In this document: piece after piece, positions 35,427 through 37,266 of the stretch
Layout: every line of letters starts with the position of its first letter
Position numbering within the stretch: the first letter of the stretch is position 1
DNA from: Vicinamibacteria bacterium
GTDB lineage: Bacteria > Acidobacteriota > Vicinamibacteria > Marinacidobacterales > DATDRI01
Direction: 5' to 3'
Assembly (NCBI GenBank): GCA_035291825.1
Contig: DATDRI010000188.1
Span: 1-37,266, forward strand
DNA length: 37,266 bases
Made by a program: the position numbers and the translations under genes
The notes under the pieces: generated by a model
What the model was told of the DNA's origin: nothing
The model's input: the letters and a program-made list of their open reading frames with translations, nothing else
Database searches by the model: none

Positions 35427-35836
35427 CGCTGTTCGTCGACACGTCAGCCTGGTACGCGGCTGCCGATGGTGGCGATCGCAGCCACGCACGGGCGACGGAT
35501 GTCCTCCGGAAGGGCGATGCTTTGGTGACCAGCGACCACGTCCTCGTCGAAACGTGGGTGCTGCTCCGGCACAGGCTCGGGCGGAGCGCCGCGGACCAGT
35601 TCTGGGACGGCATTCGCTCCGGAGTAGCTTCTCTCGAGGCGGTGGGGCCAGGGGATCTCGAGGTGGCCTGGGCGATCGGAAACGCCTTTCCAGACCAGGA
35701 TTTTTCCATTGTAGACCGGACGAGCTTTGCTGTGATGCAGCGGTTAGGGATTCACAGCGTCGCCACCTTCGACGACGATTTTGCGGTCTTTCGTTACGGG
35801 CGGAATCGAGATCGCGCCTTCGAGGTACTTCGATGA
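35423..35836 (+). CDS. vapC: PIN-domain ribonuclease toxin (VapC-like)
   Basis: All four PIN acidic positions are present in this frame: FVDTS, VLVET, IVDRTS and TFDDDF. The only canonical start (TTG 35522, ORF track) lies after the first Asp. The frame is open from 35291. I propose CTG 35423, which overlaps the vapB stop as CTGA and has an AAGAAGG SD motif 5 nt upstream. Confidence 0.7.
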   Translation: MTLFVDTSAWYAAADGGDRSHARATDVLRKGDALVTSDHVLVETWVLLRHRLGRSAADQFWDGIRSGVASLEAVGPGDLEVAWAIGNAFPDQDFSIVDRTSFAVMQRLGIHSVATFDDDFAVFRYGRNRDRAFEVLR

Positions 35837-35843
35837 GCCGAGC

Positions 35844-37266
35844 TTAATACCTCCAGCCGGTCACGTCGGCTCCGCGGGGCGCGGTCCGCAGCATGTGCTC
35901 GGCGATGAGCGGCAGGTAGCGCTGATGGATGGTGAGGGCCGAGACGCGCGCCGGAAGGGACGGCGCGCCGCTGTAGCAGTGCCCGCGTCCGTCGCCGTAC
36001 TCGATGGTTCCCCCGTAGTAGGGCCCGCGGCCAGGCTCCTGGGTACTCTCCAAGAACTCTTCTAGCAACCGGACGGCCCTCTCCAGGTAGTAGTTGTCCA
36101 TGTCACCTACCGTGACGTGGACCTTTCCTACCAGCTTCGGACCGAGGACTTTCCAATCCCGTTCCAGGATGTAGCGCAGATCGTAACGTTCCCTCCAGTG
36201 CACGGCGACTTCCCGATCGATGAGGCCACTGCGTTTGTCGTAGATGGGCCGGGGATAGCCGTCCGCACCGAGCGGGCTGTAGACCGCTTGCCACACGTCC
36301 CACTGACCAGCGGACCGACCTCTGGTGCCCAAGACCATCTCGAGTCGATTGGCCTCCTCCATGGCGGCGGTGATGTCGCCGTTGACTTCGCGCCGATCGA
36401 TGCGCGGCACTCTCCTCCAATGACTCTCCGCCCAGTAGGCGTTGACGTCCTGGTAGATGTCGACCTGCTGGTAGGCGCGGAAGTCGACCGGATCGGGACA
36501 GAAGCACCAGCTGCCGTTGAAGAAATCTGGATAGAACACTTGCTGCGCCAACGCGATCCATCCTCCCGTCGACGCGCCGTAGAGGGCCCGCGACCAGGGC
36601 TCGCCGATGCCACGGAAGGTCTTCTCCACATAGGGAATGAGCTCCTGAACGAGGGCGTCCCCGTAAGGGCCGAGGTTCGCCGAGTTCACTCCGTAGGAGT
36701 CGTCGTAGTACGGGTTGGGGTGCTGGGGGATCACCAGGAGCATGCGCGGGAGTCTGCCCGAGGTCCAGTCCTGGTAGAATTTGTAGGCATATTCCGCCTG
36801 CTGTCGCGCCCGCCCGGTGAGCTCCGGCTCGGGGGGATGCTCCCTAAAACCGACACCCGCGGTGAAGCTGGGCTGGAAGTGGTCCTGCCAATAGACAACC
36901 GGGTAGCTGGTGTCGGGATGTTCCGCGAATCCTTCCGGGAGCAGCACCACCGCGCCAAGATGCATGGGCCGGCCCCAGAACTCGCTGAGGAGCTTGCTTT
37001 GCAGGCGCAGGTGCTTGATGTAGCGCGTGTCCTGCGGTGGGTCGATGGGTGGAATGGTTTCGTTCAGCTCGATCCGGATGGTCTGGGCGCGAGAAGGATC
37101 TAGAGACACTCGCGTTGGCCGGCTGTAAAGGTTGCCGGGCGATCTCTCCCATTGCTGTCCCTCGCCGTCGTCCATGGGAAGCTTGAGGACATGGCCGTCC
37201 CGCCGATGGAACGTTTCGTAGACGTTGATGAGAGCCTGAGCGAAATACTCCCCGGGTGGGACGTCG
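35844..37266 (-). CDS. Esterase-like alpha/beta hydrolase (putative esterase / enterochelin-esterase-like), 5' end outside the window
   Basis: ALYGASTGGWIALAQQVFYPDFF (G-x-S-x-G). The reading frame stays open upstream of the ORF-track Met at 37175 to the window edge (...DVPPGEYFAQALINVYETFHRRDGHVLKLPMDDGE...). TAA stop at 35844-35846. Confidence 0.65.
   Translation of the reverse strand, partial: DVPPGEYFAQALINVYETFHRRDGHVLKLPMDDGEGQQWERSPGNLYSRPTRVSLDPSRAQTIRIELNETIPPIDPPQDTRYIKHLRLQSKLLSEFWGRPMHLGAVVLLPEGFAEHPDTSYPVVYWQDHFQPSFTAGVGFREHPPEPELTGRARQQAEYAYKFYQDWTSGRLPRMLLVIPQHPNPYYDDSYGVNSANLGPYGDALVQELIPYVEKTFRGIGEPWSRALYGASTGGWIALAQQVFYPDFFNGSWCFCPDPVDFRAYQQVDIYQDVNAYWAESHWRRVPRIDRREVNGDITAAMEEANRLEMVLGTRGRSAGQWDVWQAVYSPLGADGYPRPIYDKRSGLIDREVAVHWRERYDLRYILERDWKVLGPKLVGKVHVTVGDMDNYYLERAVRLLEEFLESTQEPGRGPYYGGTIEYGDGRGHCYSGAPSLPARVSALTIHQRYLPLIAEHMLRTAPRGADVTGWRY

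Noticed and set aside
1-37266. A window-wide look for tRNA/rRNA genes, CRISPR repeats, IS elements with terminal inverted repeats, integrases or phage genes that would mark a mobile island.
   Set aside because: None was recognised by eye. The only repeats seen are the short ones reported in the findings and the protein-level DUF349/HEAT/TPR repeats. A covariance-model or repeat-finder run would be needed to exclude small RNAs.

Overview
GC-rich bacterial chromosomal window. I recognise no rRNA, tRNA, CRISPR array, transposase or integrase. All family calls rest on motifs read from the translations and on remembered family knowledge, because no database search was possible. I count 31 protein-coding genes, very tightly packed, with many 4-nt start/stop overlaps and two convergent gene pairs that share a CTAG stop palindrome.

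Layout, left to right:
- 1-3710: the 3' end of a hypothetical gene, a sensor-less orphan histidine kinase, and a divergent CopA Cu(I) P-type ATPase carrying YHS/TRASH and HMA domains.
- 3707-10483: a roughly 960-aa HEAT plus multi-DUF349 repeat protein, a TPR protein, an MFS transporter coupled to a membrane-anchored alpha/beta hydrolase, and an orphan 144-aa protein.
- 10799-12830: a glutamate dehydrogenase that looks like the animal GLUD1 type, including an antenna-like insertion, followed by pgsA.
- 12837-29171: a bidirectional glycan/exopolysaccharide cluster. The minus arm holds UDP-xylose synthase, a WbaP-like priming transferase, three GT4 genes and one GT2 gene. The plus arm holds ugd, galE, a GT2 gene and an MsbA-like ABC exporter.
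- 17578-21946, inside the minus arm: a separate three-gene unit of secreted S9 peptidase, EgtB/SenA-like synthase and SenB-like glycosyltransferase. This is a selenoneine-type gene pair with no selD/senC or egtD in the window, and it is my top candidate for something unusual.
- 29200-35067: a housekeeping run of yicC-gmk-coaBC-udg(family 4)-priA.
- 35166-37266: a vapBC-like toxin-antitoxin pair whose PIN toxin can only be complete if it starts at CTG, then the 3' part of an esterase-like gene that runs off the window.

Other observations:
- Three promoter-like elements sit 6-9 nt upstream of ATG codons, suggesting leaderless mRNAs.
- A palindrome lies in the kinase/copA divergent region.
- A 15-nt-period tandem repeat lies upstream of the sen unit.
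- An A9 tract sits in the coaBC inter-domain linker.
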